Source: a virus (taxonomy: Duplodnaviria; Caudoviricetes). Taken from it: DNA of 49,074 bases. Below, in pieces: positions 16,872-25,086 of this stretch. The DNA lies in the IMG/VR virus record IMGVR_UViG_3300021066_000004, positions 1-49,074 of that record. One strand, given 5' to 3'. How positions within the stretch are numbered: position 1 is the first letter of the stretch; each line of letters opens with the position of its first letter. The notes below the pieces were generated by a model. The model saw nothing but the letters and a program-made list of their open reading frames with translations, was not told the DNA's origin and ran no database searches. The translations under genes were made by a program, and so were the position numbers.

Positions 16872-17837
16872 ATGAGCGCTGCCAAGCTAACTGTTCGCTA
16901 CAACGGGCCTGTTCTCGCGGATCACCGCATGGACGTTGCCGACATCGCTCCAGCTCTACTAGGGATTTCTGAGCTGTGCAAGATAGCGAACAAGAAATTC
17001 AACGGTGACAAGGCTGCAGTCAAAGTCCTTATTGACACCGATGTTGAGCACAAATGCTTTCAGCTTGACCTGCACATATTCCACAGCTTGTGGGAGACGA
17101 CAAAGCAATTCCTTGGCAAGGATGACGTAACCTCCGCAAAAGATCTCATTGAGTGGATCTGCATGGGAGGAGCTGCCGGGATTTTCAGCTTCTTCCAGCT
17201 CTTGAAATGGATCAAAGGGAGAAAGATAACCTCGGCAAAAATGGAGATTCACGACGGCCGAGATGTTGTGAGGATAACCGTCCAGGGAGATAACAACTCC
17301 CTGAATGTAACTCTTGCGCATCCGCAGGCTCTTGAGCTTCTTCGGGACCCAAAGGCGGTAGAAAACGCAAAGAAGCTGGTTTCTCCTCTGACTCGCGATG
17401 GGTACGAAAGCTTCGAATTCGAGGACAGTGAAACATCTTCGGTTGAGCGAATTGACAGGGAAGATGCTCTGGCAATATCGAGCATTGATTCATCGGATGT
17501 CGAAGTGGCGGAGAATGATCTGCCGCAGATAATCACCGCGTGGATCACGGTCTATTCACCCGTATACGACCTTAACGCGCAGAAATGGCGTTTTAAGTTT
17601 GGCGAGGCACACGAGAACATGGACATTAGCGAAACCGACATTGCCTCCATGGCCATAAAGCGGGGAGGTGTCTTGATAGACGACGCCTATAAGGTGCGGC
17701 TGCAGATTACCCAAGAACACAAGCCAAGCGGCGCCATAGCCAACAAATACAAGGTACTGCAAGTTCTCGACTTCAGGCCATCCACCCTGCCTTACCAGCA
17801 GGACGCGTTCAGGGATGGACCCGAGGGCAACAGCTGA
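16872..17837 (+). CDS. Accessory (moron) protein in the immunity region
   Basis: 321 aa, opposite to neighbours, visibly more AT-rich, own TGnTACGAT promoter; H.MDV.D.APAL motif. Confidence 0.8.
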   Translation: MSAAKLTVRYNGPVLADHRMDVADIAPALLGISELCKIANKKFNGDKAAVKVLIDTDVEHKCFQLDLHIFHSLWETTKQFLGKDDVTSAKDLIEWICMGGAAGIFSFFQLLKWIKGRKITSAKMEIHDGRDVVRITVQGDNNSLNVTLAHPQALELLRDPKAVENAKKLVSPLTRDGYESFEFEDSETSSVERIDREDALAISSIDSSDVEVAENDLPQIITAWITVYSPVYDLNAQKWRFKFGEAHENMDISETDIASMAIKRGGVLIDDAYKVRLQITQEHKPSGAIANKYKVLQVLDFRPSTLPYQQDAFRDGPEGNS

Positions 17838-18122
17838 CTACTGAGCTTTATCCACGCACGAGAACTCAAGCCTCGCCTTCGCTGGTCGGGCGAACCCAGA
17901 CCCACGAGCCTCGACGTTGACCGTCTTCACCTCTTTGCCGAACTCGGCGCAATACTTGTTTGCCTGGATATAGCACTTGGCGCGCTCCTCATCGGCGGCG
18001 CGGAAACCGATGGTCGCGGAGGTCACGGAGACCATGAATACGTTCTCCTCGAGCTTCACAACTCCGGTGCTGCAGCCGCTAAGTGCCACTGCGGTTATGG
18101 CGACGCCGATCCTTGTTTTCAT
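17838..18122 (-). CDS. Lipoprotein co-transcribed with repressor (superinfection-exclusion candidate)
   Basis: Lipobox LSGC; AAGGAG SD; directly downstream of cI. Confidence 0.75.
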   Translation of the reverse strand: MKTRIGVAITAVALSGCSTGVVKLEENVFMVSVTSATIGFRAADEERAKCYIQANKYCAEFGKEVKTVNVEARGSGFARPAKARLEFSCVDKAQ

Positions 18123-18576
18123 GGGCTAACTCCTTCTTTGACGTGTTAGATTCCGTTGCTAAGTTCTTGGGCTTTCTGCGGCCGTTTTCGACTTTCTGAA
18201 TAGCCTTCAGCACATGTAAATGAACTACATCGCGCTCAATATCGTTGTAGTCAGAGATCTTCTCTTTGAGTTCTTCCAGGAAATGCCATTCTTGAGGAAC
18301 AGAAACCTCCGGGTGCCAAGTCAGATCCTCAGGCTCCCCTTTCCCTGACTCTAGATAGTGGACGTTGACCGCGAGCTTGGCGGCAATCACATGTAGCCGC
18401 GTGCTGCCTTTCTGGTCTCCATTCTCAATGCCCGCAAGCGTGGGGTAGGGAATTCCGGTGGCGCGCACGAATGCGGGCCGGTCGTAACCTCGGTATTTTC
18501 TCCACGCAACAACGCGCTCGCCGATTGTTGTGTATGGCTCTTGGGGGCGAGGGCCGAGGGGCTTCCGATCAGGCAT
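18079..18576 (-). CDS. CI-like repressor (XRE HTH), no obvious S24 peptidase domain
   Basis: TIGERV..WR...TLAGIENG...IAAKL.V...YL.SGKG; divergent from cro. Confidence 0.8.
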   Translation of the reverse strand: MPDRKPLGPRPQEPYTTIGERVVAWRKYRGYDRPAFVRATGIPYPTLAGIENGDQKGSTRLHVIAAKLAVNVHYLESGKGEPEDLTWHPEVSVPQEWHFLEELKEKISDYNDIERDVVHLHVLKAIQKVENGRRKPKNLATESNTSKKELAHENKDRRRHNRSGT

Positions 18577-18587
18577 TCCGTTAGTGT

Positions 18588-18642
18588 CATGGAATTCCGT
18601 AATGGAAGGCCGTTGCGTTTGGCCTATGGAATGCCATAGGAT
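18588..18642 (+). promoter_or_regulatory. pR-like promoter with three operators
   Basis: TTGCGT-N18-TAGGAT; CATGGAATTCCGTA, TAATGGAAGGCCGTTG and palindromic CTATGGAATGCCATAG match the pL operators. Confidence 0.8.
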
Positions 18643-18649
18643 ACCCTCC

Positions 18650-18874
18650 ATGAACAATTGGTCGTTGATCGTTCGTGAATTGAGGGCGGCAGGGCTCAAG
18701 CTCTCCGAGATCGCGTCTTTAATTGGCAGATCCCCCGCTGCTGTTTGCGACATAGAGCAGGGGCGCACAAGCGCGCCTAACGGGGAGGCCGCGATCAAGC
18801 TTTCCGAGCTGCATGCCGCCCGTTGCAAATCCCGACCGCAGCCGGGTACTTCGCGCAAGTGCGCCGGCGGCTGA
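18650..18874 (+). CDS. Cro-like HTH protein
   Basis: GLKLSEIASLIGRS.AAV.DIEQGRT..P. Confidence 0.8.
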   Translation: MNNWSLIVRELRAAGLKLSEIASLIGRSPAAVCDIEQGRTSAPNGEAAIKLSELHAARCKSRPQPGTSRKCAGG

Positions 18875-18885
18875 CCACCCTTGGC

Positions 18886-19182
18886 CATGCTGATCCCCCC
18901 CCTCAATACCCGCGCACCCTGCGCTGTAGTTGTCCTGCCGAGCCTGTATCAGATTGTTTCTGTCGGCCCGGTACAGGGAGGGTGCTGTCGTAGATTGAGT
19001 ACAGCCATACGCACAAGCCGGCGACAGTCGTGTGAGGGTGCGCGAGCTTTCGTGTGCAGCTGGTTGGCGGGTAAGGGGGCGAGGCGAGGGGACAGGGACT
19101 CGCTTAAGTACAACGGTCGTCGGCATGCAGCGGGATCAACTAGTGGATTTGCTTATTGTGGTTTCAGCATATCCCTGAAACC
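18886..19182 (+). ncRNA. Candidate large structured RNA downstream of cro
   Basis: Nested complementary segments, including a perfect 10-bp CGCGCACCCT/AGGGTGCGCG. Confidence 0.45.
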
Positions 19183-19326
19183 GACCGGCGCAAGTGTCCT
19201 TTTTGGCGACGGTGATTCGATATCCAGTGGCCTCACCTGGCAATGCCAGCACTGCGGCGCTCACAACCCCCTTGCCCGCTACGTCTGCCGCGGATGTGGC
19301 CGGCAGTTTGCTGGCGGTGAGCGCCC

Positions 19327-20100
19327 ATGAAGCACGTCGTGCAGTACAGCGGTGGCGTTGGCTCATGGGCTGCAGCAAAGCGCGTCGCTGAACGATACGG
19401 TACCGCAGATCTCATCCTGCTGTTCGCGGACGTGAAGGACGAGCATCCAGACCTGTATCGGTTCCTGGATGAGTCAGCTGCCAACATCGGGGTCCAAGTG
19501 ACTCGTATCAGTGAAGGCCGCACACCTCGGCAGGTGATGACCGATGAAAGACTAATTGGCAACTCTCTGCGGGACCCGTGCAGCAAGATCCTGAAGCGCC
19601 AGCTCCTGGATCGCTGGCGAAAACAAAACACCGAGCCGTCTAACACAACCATCCACATTGGAATTGATTGGACCGAGGGGCATCGATTTACAGAATTCTC
19701 CGGCCGCTTGGCTCCAGCAATTTGCGATGCGCCGCTGATGTGGGAACCCATGCTCGACAAGAACGACTGCATGGCGTGGTGCACACGAGAGGGCATTGAG
19801 CTCCCGCTACTGTATCGCCAGGGTTTCTCGCACAACAACTGCGGCGGTGCATGCATCAAGGGCGGGCAAGCGTCATGGGCTCGGCTCCTGCAGTTCGACC
19901 CGGCTCGCTATCTCGAATGGGAGCAATGGGAGCAGGAGATGCGCACAACAGTGGGCGATCACTCGATACTGCGCGATCGCTCCAAGGCGGCGCAGGCCCG
20001 CGGGTCCAGCGTTCTCACGCTCCTGGACTTTCGCAAGCGGCTACAGAGCAGCGGTGAGTATGACCAGCACGAGATTGGCGGCTGCGGGTGCGCGCTATGA
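19327..20100 (+). CDS. PAPS-reductase-like / adenine nucleotide alpha-hydrolase protein
   Basis: PP-loop-like YSGGVGS, CSKILK, LY..GFSHNNCGGACIKGG, C-terminal GCGC. Confidence 0.8.
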   Translation: MKHVVQYSGGVGSWAAAKRVAERYGTADLILLFADVKDEHPDLYRFLDESAANIGVQVTRISEGRTPRQVMTDERLIGNSLRDPCSKILKRQLLDRWRKQNTEPSNTTIHIGIDWTEGHRFTEFSGRLAPAICDAPLMWEPMLDKNDCMAWCTREGIELPLLYRQGFSHNNCGGACIKGGQASWARLLQFDPARYLEWEQWEQEMRTTVGDHSILRDRSKAAQARGSSVLTLLDFRKRLQSSGEYDQHEIGGCGCAL

Positions 20101-20254
20101 ACCGCTCGTCCGCTCGCCACTCTCACCGCGTGCTTATTTTCAGCGCGCGAAATTCGCGGGCGTGCATTTCGGTTAGTTGCAACGCGGCGCGCGTTTTAGC
20201 GGTTCCAGTAGGTAATCACTTCCTACCCTCCATCAGCGGTTTAGAGGTGGTGGC

Positions 20255-20461
20255 ATGAAGGGCATGTGTCCACTCCCTGAGTGCCAGAGTCCAGTGCATG
20301 CCGGGCAGGGCTACTGCACTCGTCACCTCAAGGACTACCACCGCAACTACCGTGGCAGAAAAAGAAAGATGTCGCGCGCGACGCCATGGAACCGAACCGG
20401 GCCTAGGCAAGCGCCAGCTGACTGGAGAGACGTCCTGGCTCACCCGGAGCGCTACAAGTGA
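20255..20461 (+). CDS. Small Cys/His basic protein
   Basis: C...C...YC..H; GAGGT SD. Confidence 0.55.
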   Translation: MKGMCPLPECQSPVHAGQGYCTRHLKDYHRNYRGRKRKMSRATPWNRTGPRQAPADWRDVLAHPERYK

Positions 20462-20622
20462 GCGCGATCCAAACACACATCTCGGTCCCTCGTGCACTGG
20501 TACGACATGAGCCCGAGCGCGCGCTAGCGCGGATAAATACATCGGCCAGCGCCACTGGAGAGCCCGACTCGGCAGTACGTGCCGACATCCTCCTACTCTC
20601 GCGAGTGGCAACTGAATTCCCC

Positions 20623-20650
20623 CGAGCTGCTCCCCGCGGCTCGTTTTTAT
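20623..20650 (+). terminator. Intrinsic terminator (tR-like)
   Basis: CGAGCTGC-tcccc-GCGGCTCG-TTTTT. Confidence 0.65.
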
Positions 20651-20666
20651 TCCAACGGTGATCTAA

Positions 20667-20891
20667 ATGCCCTGGCACAACAGCAAAGTCGGCCGCCCGC
20701 TGTCGCGTCGTGAGAATCAACTGCTGGGCTTGATGGTTGCAGGCAATAAACCTGCGGCTATCGCAGAGCAACTCGGGCTGTCGGTCAAGACAGTCGCGAT
20801 CTACCGGGGTCGGCTGATGCTGAAAGCCGGCTGCAAGACGGATGCGCAGCTCGGAGCGTGGTCGGCCCGGACTGAGAGCGTGAAGGCATGA
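20667..20891 (+). CDS. Stand-alone LuxR/GerE HTH protein
   Basis: LSRRENQLL.L...G....IA..LGLSVKTV..YR..LM.K. Confidence 0.85.
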   Translation: MPWHNSKVGRPLSRRENQLLGLMVAGNKPAAIAEQLGLSVKTVAIYRGRLMLKAGCKTDAQLGAWSARTESVKA

Positions 20892-21076
20892 GCTCTGAGC
20901 CATACAAGTTCGAGCCGCATAGGCCCTCGAAGCTGGCGAGCCTGCCGTGGATGCACTGCCAGAAATGCGGCCTCGTGTACTTGCGCAATGCCTTCTCGCA
21001 ATGGGCCATCCGCATGGGCTGCAACAACGAGGATCACCCGCAGCACGAGCGCTACAGGCGCGGGGAAATCCAGTGA
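20888..21076 (+). CDS. Small Zn-binding protein
   Basis: C..CGLVYLRN...GC. Confidence 0.6.
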   Translation: MSSEPYKFEPHRPSKLASLPWMHCQKCGLVYLRNAFSQWAIRMGCNNEDHPQHERYRRGEIQ

Positions 21077-21579
21077 GCGCCCTCCAAGACGCCGTGACAG
21101 CGAACATCTGCACGATGAGTAATTGCCGGCAATACCGCTACACCTGGTGGCCTCACGAGTTTTGCGACATCACGCCTGGCCGCTACGTGCAATTCATCGG
21201 CCTCAATCCCAGCACCGCCGACGAGAACACCAGAGACCCGACGGTTCGCCGCTGCATCCAGTTCGCCAAAGACTGGGGCTACAGCGGGTTGTGTATGACG
21301 AACCTGTTTGCTTACCGCGCGACCGATCCGCGAGAGATGAAGAAGGCGCTAAAGCCAGTTGGGCCAGAGAACGACTACTGGCTAAAGCTCATAGCCACAA
21401 ACGCCGGCAAGGTCATTGCAGCCTGGGGCAACCACGGCAGCCACAACAGCAGGGATTACCTCGTGAAGCGGCTGCTGACCAGCGTATGCAAGCTGGAGGC
21501 GCTGAATATCACTAAGGCTGGCATGCCGCAGCATCCTCTCTATCTCAAGGCCGACACCCAGCCGAGGGCGTGGGCATGA
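21073..21579 (+). CDS. DUF1643-like protein
   Basis: YRY, FIGLNPSTAD, DPT.RRC, NLFAYRAT.P, AAWG, P.HPLY. Confidence 0.85.
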   Translation: MSALQDAVTANICTMSNCRQYRYTWWPHEFCDITPGRYVQFIGLNPSTADENTRDPTVRRCIQFAKDWGYSGLCMTNLFAYRATDPREMKKALKPVGPENDYWLKLIATNAGKVIAAWGNHGSHNSRDYLVKRLLTSVCKLEALNITKAGMPQHPLYLKADTQPRAWA

Positions 21580-21818
21580 ACGCCGAACTCCAAGACGCCG
21601 TGACGCTGGCGGAAGAGCTCAAGCCGCAAACGCTCGCCGAGGCCTTCATGCACGCTTCTGTCTCAGTCGCGCGCGTGGCTCTAGGAGAGGCCGAGGCAGC
21701 GTTCAAAGCCGCGCGGCAGACCGGCAGCAAGGATGAGTATCTGCGTGCCTCTCATGAGCTCACGCGGGCTATAGATCACCTGCGGGACCAGGAGATTCAG
21801 GCGGGGGTGCGGCGGTGA
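21576..21818 (+). CDS. Helical hypothetical protein
   Basis: Coupled ORF. Confidence 0.55.
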   Translation: MNAELQDAVTLAEELKPQTLAEAFMHASVSVARVALGEAEAAFKAARQTGSKDEYLRASHELTRAIDHLRDQEIQAGVRR

Positions 21819-22060
21819 GTAAAGCAACCCTTTCACGTCTTCATTGCGCCGGCTGCAAGAGCGAGACGCTCCATAACTCATCCAAATGCGTGCACTGCGG
21901 AACCTCTAAGCAGGCCGGATCCTCAGCCTTCAATCCGGTCGCCGATTCTCTATTCGTGGTCAAGCCTTCACGGCGGGTCCCCTCGTCCAAATCCAGGCGC
22001 AAGGCTTCGGCCGAGTCTGGCATGCCGGCACACGTTGCCGCCGAGGGTGGCCCGCGGTGA
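21815..22060 (+). CDS. Zn-ribbon protein
   Basis: C..CK.ETLH...C..CG. Confidence 0.6.
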   Translation: MSKATLSRLHCAGCKSETLHNSSKCVHCGTSKQAGSSAFNPVADSLFVVKPSRRVPSSKSRRKASAESGMPAHVAAEGGPR

Positions 22061-22866
22061 GCATTGACGCTCTGAACTGGGCAATGAAGTTGGAGTTGGA
22101 AAAGTCCAGCGTGAAGTTCGTGCTCGTCTGTTTGGCCAACCGCGCCAATGACAACACCTCCCTGTGCTTCCCGAGCATCAAGCAACTTGAGGAAGACACC
22201 TGCCAGGACCGAAAGACGGTTATCGCCAACCTTCGAGCTCTCTGCCAACTCGGTCTGATCGAGGACACAAGCGAGAGGGTTGGGGCCACGAAGCAGATCA
22301 TCGTGTACCGCATTATGGTTGGAAGCAGTCCCAAAATAGGCACTGGTACCGAAAACGGAACTGTTCCGGTATTGGAGTCAAACAGTACCGTTTTACACCC
22401 GGAACAGTCCCGTTTTTCCGTCGAAACAGTACCTAAAACGGTACACGGAATCCAAAGGAACCCAAAGAACCTCTCAGAGAACCCAAACACGGAACGCGCG
22501 AGGCCGAAGAAGTCGAGCAAGCGAGACGAGCCGCCGGAGTTCTCCGAGTTGCGTTCGCTGTACCCCTCTCGTTCCGGGGATCAAGGTTGGCCGCAAGCGC
22601 TCAAGGCTTGCCACGCACGGCTCGGCGAAGGATGGACTTGGCAGCAGATGGCTGACGGGGCACGCCGATACGCCGAACACATCCGCGGCAAGGGAGATGA
22701 GGGCAGCCAGTACGTTAAGGCAGCCAAGACGTTCTTTGGTCCGGATCGGCATTTCCTAACTCCGTGGAAAGCCCCTCCGAGTCGTGGCCAGCTCAAGCAA
22801 GAGCGAAATATTAGCGCTGCCATGCAATGGCTCGAAGAACAGGAAGCCAAAGATGCAAGTCACTGA
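22057..22866 (+). CDS. Replication initiator (O-like, N-terminal wHTH)
   Basis: K.VLV.LAN.A...CFPSI..L; internal iterons; Y.K...TFFG. Confidence 0.85.
   Translation: MSIDALNWAMKLELEKSSVKFVLVCLANRANDNTSLCFPSIKQLEEDTCQDRKTVIANLRALCQLGLIEDTSERVGATKQIIVYRIMVGSSPKIGTGTENGTVPVLESNSTVLHPEQSRFSVETVPKTVHGIQRNPKNLSENPNTERARPKKSSKRDEPPEFSELRSLYPSRSGDQGWPQALKACHARLGEGWTWQQMADGARRYAEHIRGKGDEGSQYVKAAKTFFGPDRHFLTPWKAPPSRGQLKQERNISAAMQWLEEQEAKDASH
22324..22444. repeat. Iterons, putative replication origin
   Basis: AACAGTACCGTTTT (22381), AACAGTCCCGTTTT (22403), AACAGTACCTAAAA (22425) and inverted AAAACGGAACTGTT (22352). Confidence 0.75.
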
Positions 22867-23416
22867 CCGCAAGAGATTCGTGGCGACTCTCACCGGATTG
22901 TCATCCGTGAAGCCCGGAAAGGAACTAACTCCCGAGGCTCTGGAGATCTGGTGGGGCAGCATGCGCGGTTGGTCGATCGAGGAATTTGTTTCAGCGGCAT
23001 CTCACCTGGCGAGTTCGGTGGAGTTCATGCCGAGCCCGTTTCACTTCGAGCAACTCCGGAAGGCTTCGAAGCCGACGGTCGGTGAGGCTTGGGCCACTGC
23101 CCTCAAGCGGTGCACCTCATGGCGAGCCGGCCAGCAGGCAGGAGATGCCATTGACCGCGCCGCGCAATCCATCGGCGGCTATCGCGCGATTGCGATGGCG
23201 GACGTTGATACCGCGCTGCCGCACATCGAGCGCCGCTTCAAGGAAGCATTCGCCGAGATCGATGACGTGGAGACGGTGCGTGCTGCGCTGCCTGAGTTGC
23301 GTCCGGCGCCGGGTATCAACTACCGGGACGGCGGTTTCACCGCTATCGGCGCGCCGCTGGCCGGCAATCGCGGACTGATCGGCCAAACGCCGCAACTTCC
23401 GAGTTTGGCCAAGTGA
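22853..23416 (+). CDS. Putative helicase loader / P-like protein (DUF6475-like)
   Basis: Follows the initiator; WW...FMPSP...EAW...GGY. Confidence 0.65.
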   Translation: MQVTDRKRFVATLTGLSSVKPGKELTPEALEIWWGSMRGWSIEEFVSAASHLASSVEFMPSPFHFEQLRKASKPTVGEAWATALKRCTSWRAGQQAGDAIDRAAQSIGGYRAIAMADVDTALPHIERRFKEAFAEIDDVETVRAALPELRPAPGINYRDGGFTAIGAPLAGNRGLIGQTPQLPSLAK

Positions 23417-23441
23417 CAGAACTGCAGTAGAGAGGGATGGA

Positions 23442-23681
23442 GTGATGGCTACGAAATACGATCGATTTCACTTTGGCGATGTTGTTGTTAACAAGTTTGC
23501 TGGTGCCAGCAGTCCCACGAAAATCGGTATGGTGACTCGCGTCTCCGTCACTAACGGTCTGGTCAGTCATGAGCCTGTACTGCATCTCAGTGGTGTCGAT
23601 GGAAGCCAGTGGAGTTACGCCGGTCCACCGGAAGCGCTGGAGATAGTTGGCCGAGGATTGCCGGACCGTGTCTGTCCCTGA
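23442..23681 (+). CDS. Hypothetical protein
   Basis: F..GD.V..; SD present. Confidence 0.5.
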   Translation: MMATKYDRFHFGDVVVNKFAGASSPTKIGMVTRVSVTNGLVSHEPVLHLSGVDGSQWSYAGPPEALEIVGRGLPDRVCP

Positions 23682-23877
23682 ATGGCGAGAACTGGACGCT
23701 TATTGTTGGACCAACGGCGAGTACAACATCTGCAAGATTGGAAGTTCCAACGGAATGAAATACGAACTTTGGCACGTGCAAAGTAAGGTACAATTAGCTG
23801 TGAATTTACCCAGTAGCAAGGCTGCAATTGAGATCGCGCGACAGCACGCATCGGCACAGGCCAAGGGTGCTGCCTGA
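23668..23877 (+). CDS. Hypothetical protein
   Basis: GTG start after GAGGA; Y.ICK...Y.LW. Confidence 0.55.
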   Translation: MSVPEWRELDAYCWTNGEYNICKIGSSNGMKYELWHVQSKVQLAVNLPSSKAAIEIARQHASAQAKGAA

Positions 23878-24059
23878 TGCGTCCGCGTCAAAAAGCCAAG
23901 CATTGGAATTCTCGATGGCTCAAGAAATCAAACGAGCTTTTGCCAAGCGAGATCGACCAGCGAATAGAGCTGGCCTACATGGATGGGTTCGAGGCTGGCC
24001 AACGTCATCAGCGAAAGGCATGGCAGGCCAAGATGGCTCAGGCCAAGGGGGCGGCGTGA
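23877..24059 (+). CDS. Hypothetical protein
   Basis: TGATG coupling; AYMDGFEAG. Confidence 0.55.
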   Translation: MRPRQKAKHWNSRWLKKSNELLPSEIDQRIELAYMDGFEAGQRHQRKAWQAKMAQAKGAA

Positions 24060-24220
24060 GCCACGTGCACTTCGTGATCGAGATGGGCAAAGCCCGCTAC
24101 TGCCGTGGCTGCGGCACGATGTGGATGCCCAGGGCCGATGGACGCGGGTACTGGGAGCTGCCGCGGATTTCGTTGCCCAGCGTCGCAATTGCCGCTCAGC
24201 CGGCGGGAGGGGAGGGGTGA
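24056..24220 (+). CDS. Small CxxC protein
   Basis: Coupled GTG start. Confidence 0.45.
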   Translation: MSHVHFVIEMGKARYCRGCGTMWMPRADGRGYWELPRISLPSVAIAAQPAGGEG

Positions 24221-24408
24221 GCAAGCCGCATTACAGGCTCAGGTGTGGCCAAGAGTTCGACTTTGCCACTGGCGAGAAACGCTTGAGGTGGTGGATAGAG
24301 TGGGGCTTTACTCAGACTCAGGAGTATTGGAGTCCCTGCAATGCATTCATCGAGCTGAAGTACCGATTCGATGAGGCAATCAGGAGCGCCCGCGGGTGGC
24401 AAAGATGA
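24217..24408 (+). CDS. Hypothetical protein
   Basis: GGAGG SD and coupled GTG. Confidence 0.45.
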   Translation: MSKPHYRLRCGQEFDFATGEKRLRWWIEWGFTQTQEYWSPCNAFIELKYRFDEAIRSARGWQR

Positions 24409-24605
24409 AAGACCCAGCAAGCAATGCCGTCGGCCCGACTGACTACCAGCTCAACGTGAGCATGCCAGACATCACCGGTCGGATATGCATCACCTCAGAA
24501 CAGATACCGGGGCTGTTTATCTACTCCACGCCAACACAGGCGTTCTCGGATGTACCTCTAGCCGTAGCGATGCTTGATGAGCTGAACGGCAGGAGGAGGC
24601 CTTGA
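24405..24605 (+). CDS. Hypothetical protein
   Basis: S..IPGL motif; coupled. Confidence 0.5.
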   Translation: MKDPASNAVGPTDYQLNVSMPDITGRICITSEQIPGLFIYSTPTQAFSDVPLAVAMLDELNGRRRP

Positions 24606-24753
24606 TCAACAGGCTCTGGTTCTGGACCGCGTACATGCTGTTCTTCAGCTCATGCTGGGCCGCAGTAAAGCTCTCGGGCGCTCCGACTTGGCTTGCCTGC
24701 CTGTTGGTGCTGCCCCCGGCTGCGGTCTTTGCTTGGAGGGGGCCGAGGTGAGC

Positions 24754-25086
24754 ATGCCACGTTACGCCGCAAAGACCGACGCGACCGAGCCCGAAGTCCT
24801 CGAGGCGATCGAGCGCGCCGGCTGGAAGTACTGGCGCATCAGAGTGCCATGCGATCTGATGTGCTGGCACCCGGGCCACGACATCTGGCAGCCCATCGAG
24901 GTTAAGCCGCTAGTCGGCAAGCGCAACCCAAAGGCTCGCGTGCGCACCGATCAGCCGCAGCAGACTGAGTTCTTGCGTGAGACTGGCACTCCGGTTGTGG
25001 CAACCGCAGAAGAGGCCCTGCTTGCGTTAGCGCGCAGGATTGATCGGCATTTGGGATTGGTAGCCAAGGAAGTGGAGACGGCATGA
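24754..25086 (+). CDS. VRR-NUC / PD-(D/E)XK resolvase-like nuclease
   Basis: YAAK.D..E.E....L...G, PCDL, IEVK, Q..F. Confidence 0.75.
   Translation: MPRYAAKTDATEPEVLEAIERAGWKYWRIRVPCDLMCWHPGHDIWQPIEVKPLVGKRNPKARVRTDQPQQTEFLRETGTPVVATAEEALLALARRIDRHLGLVAKEVETA

Noticed and set aside
18577-18906. N-terminal extension of cI in the 275-aa ORF call
   Set aside because: It overlaps cro and the operators; the HTH begins after 18576
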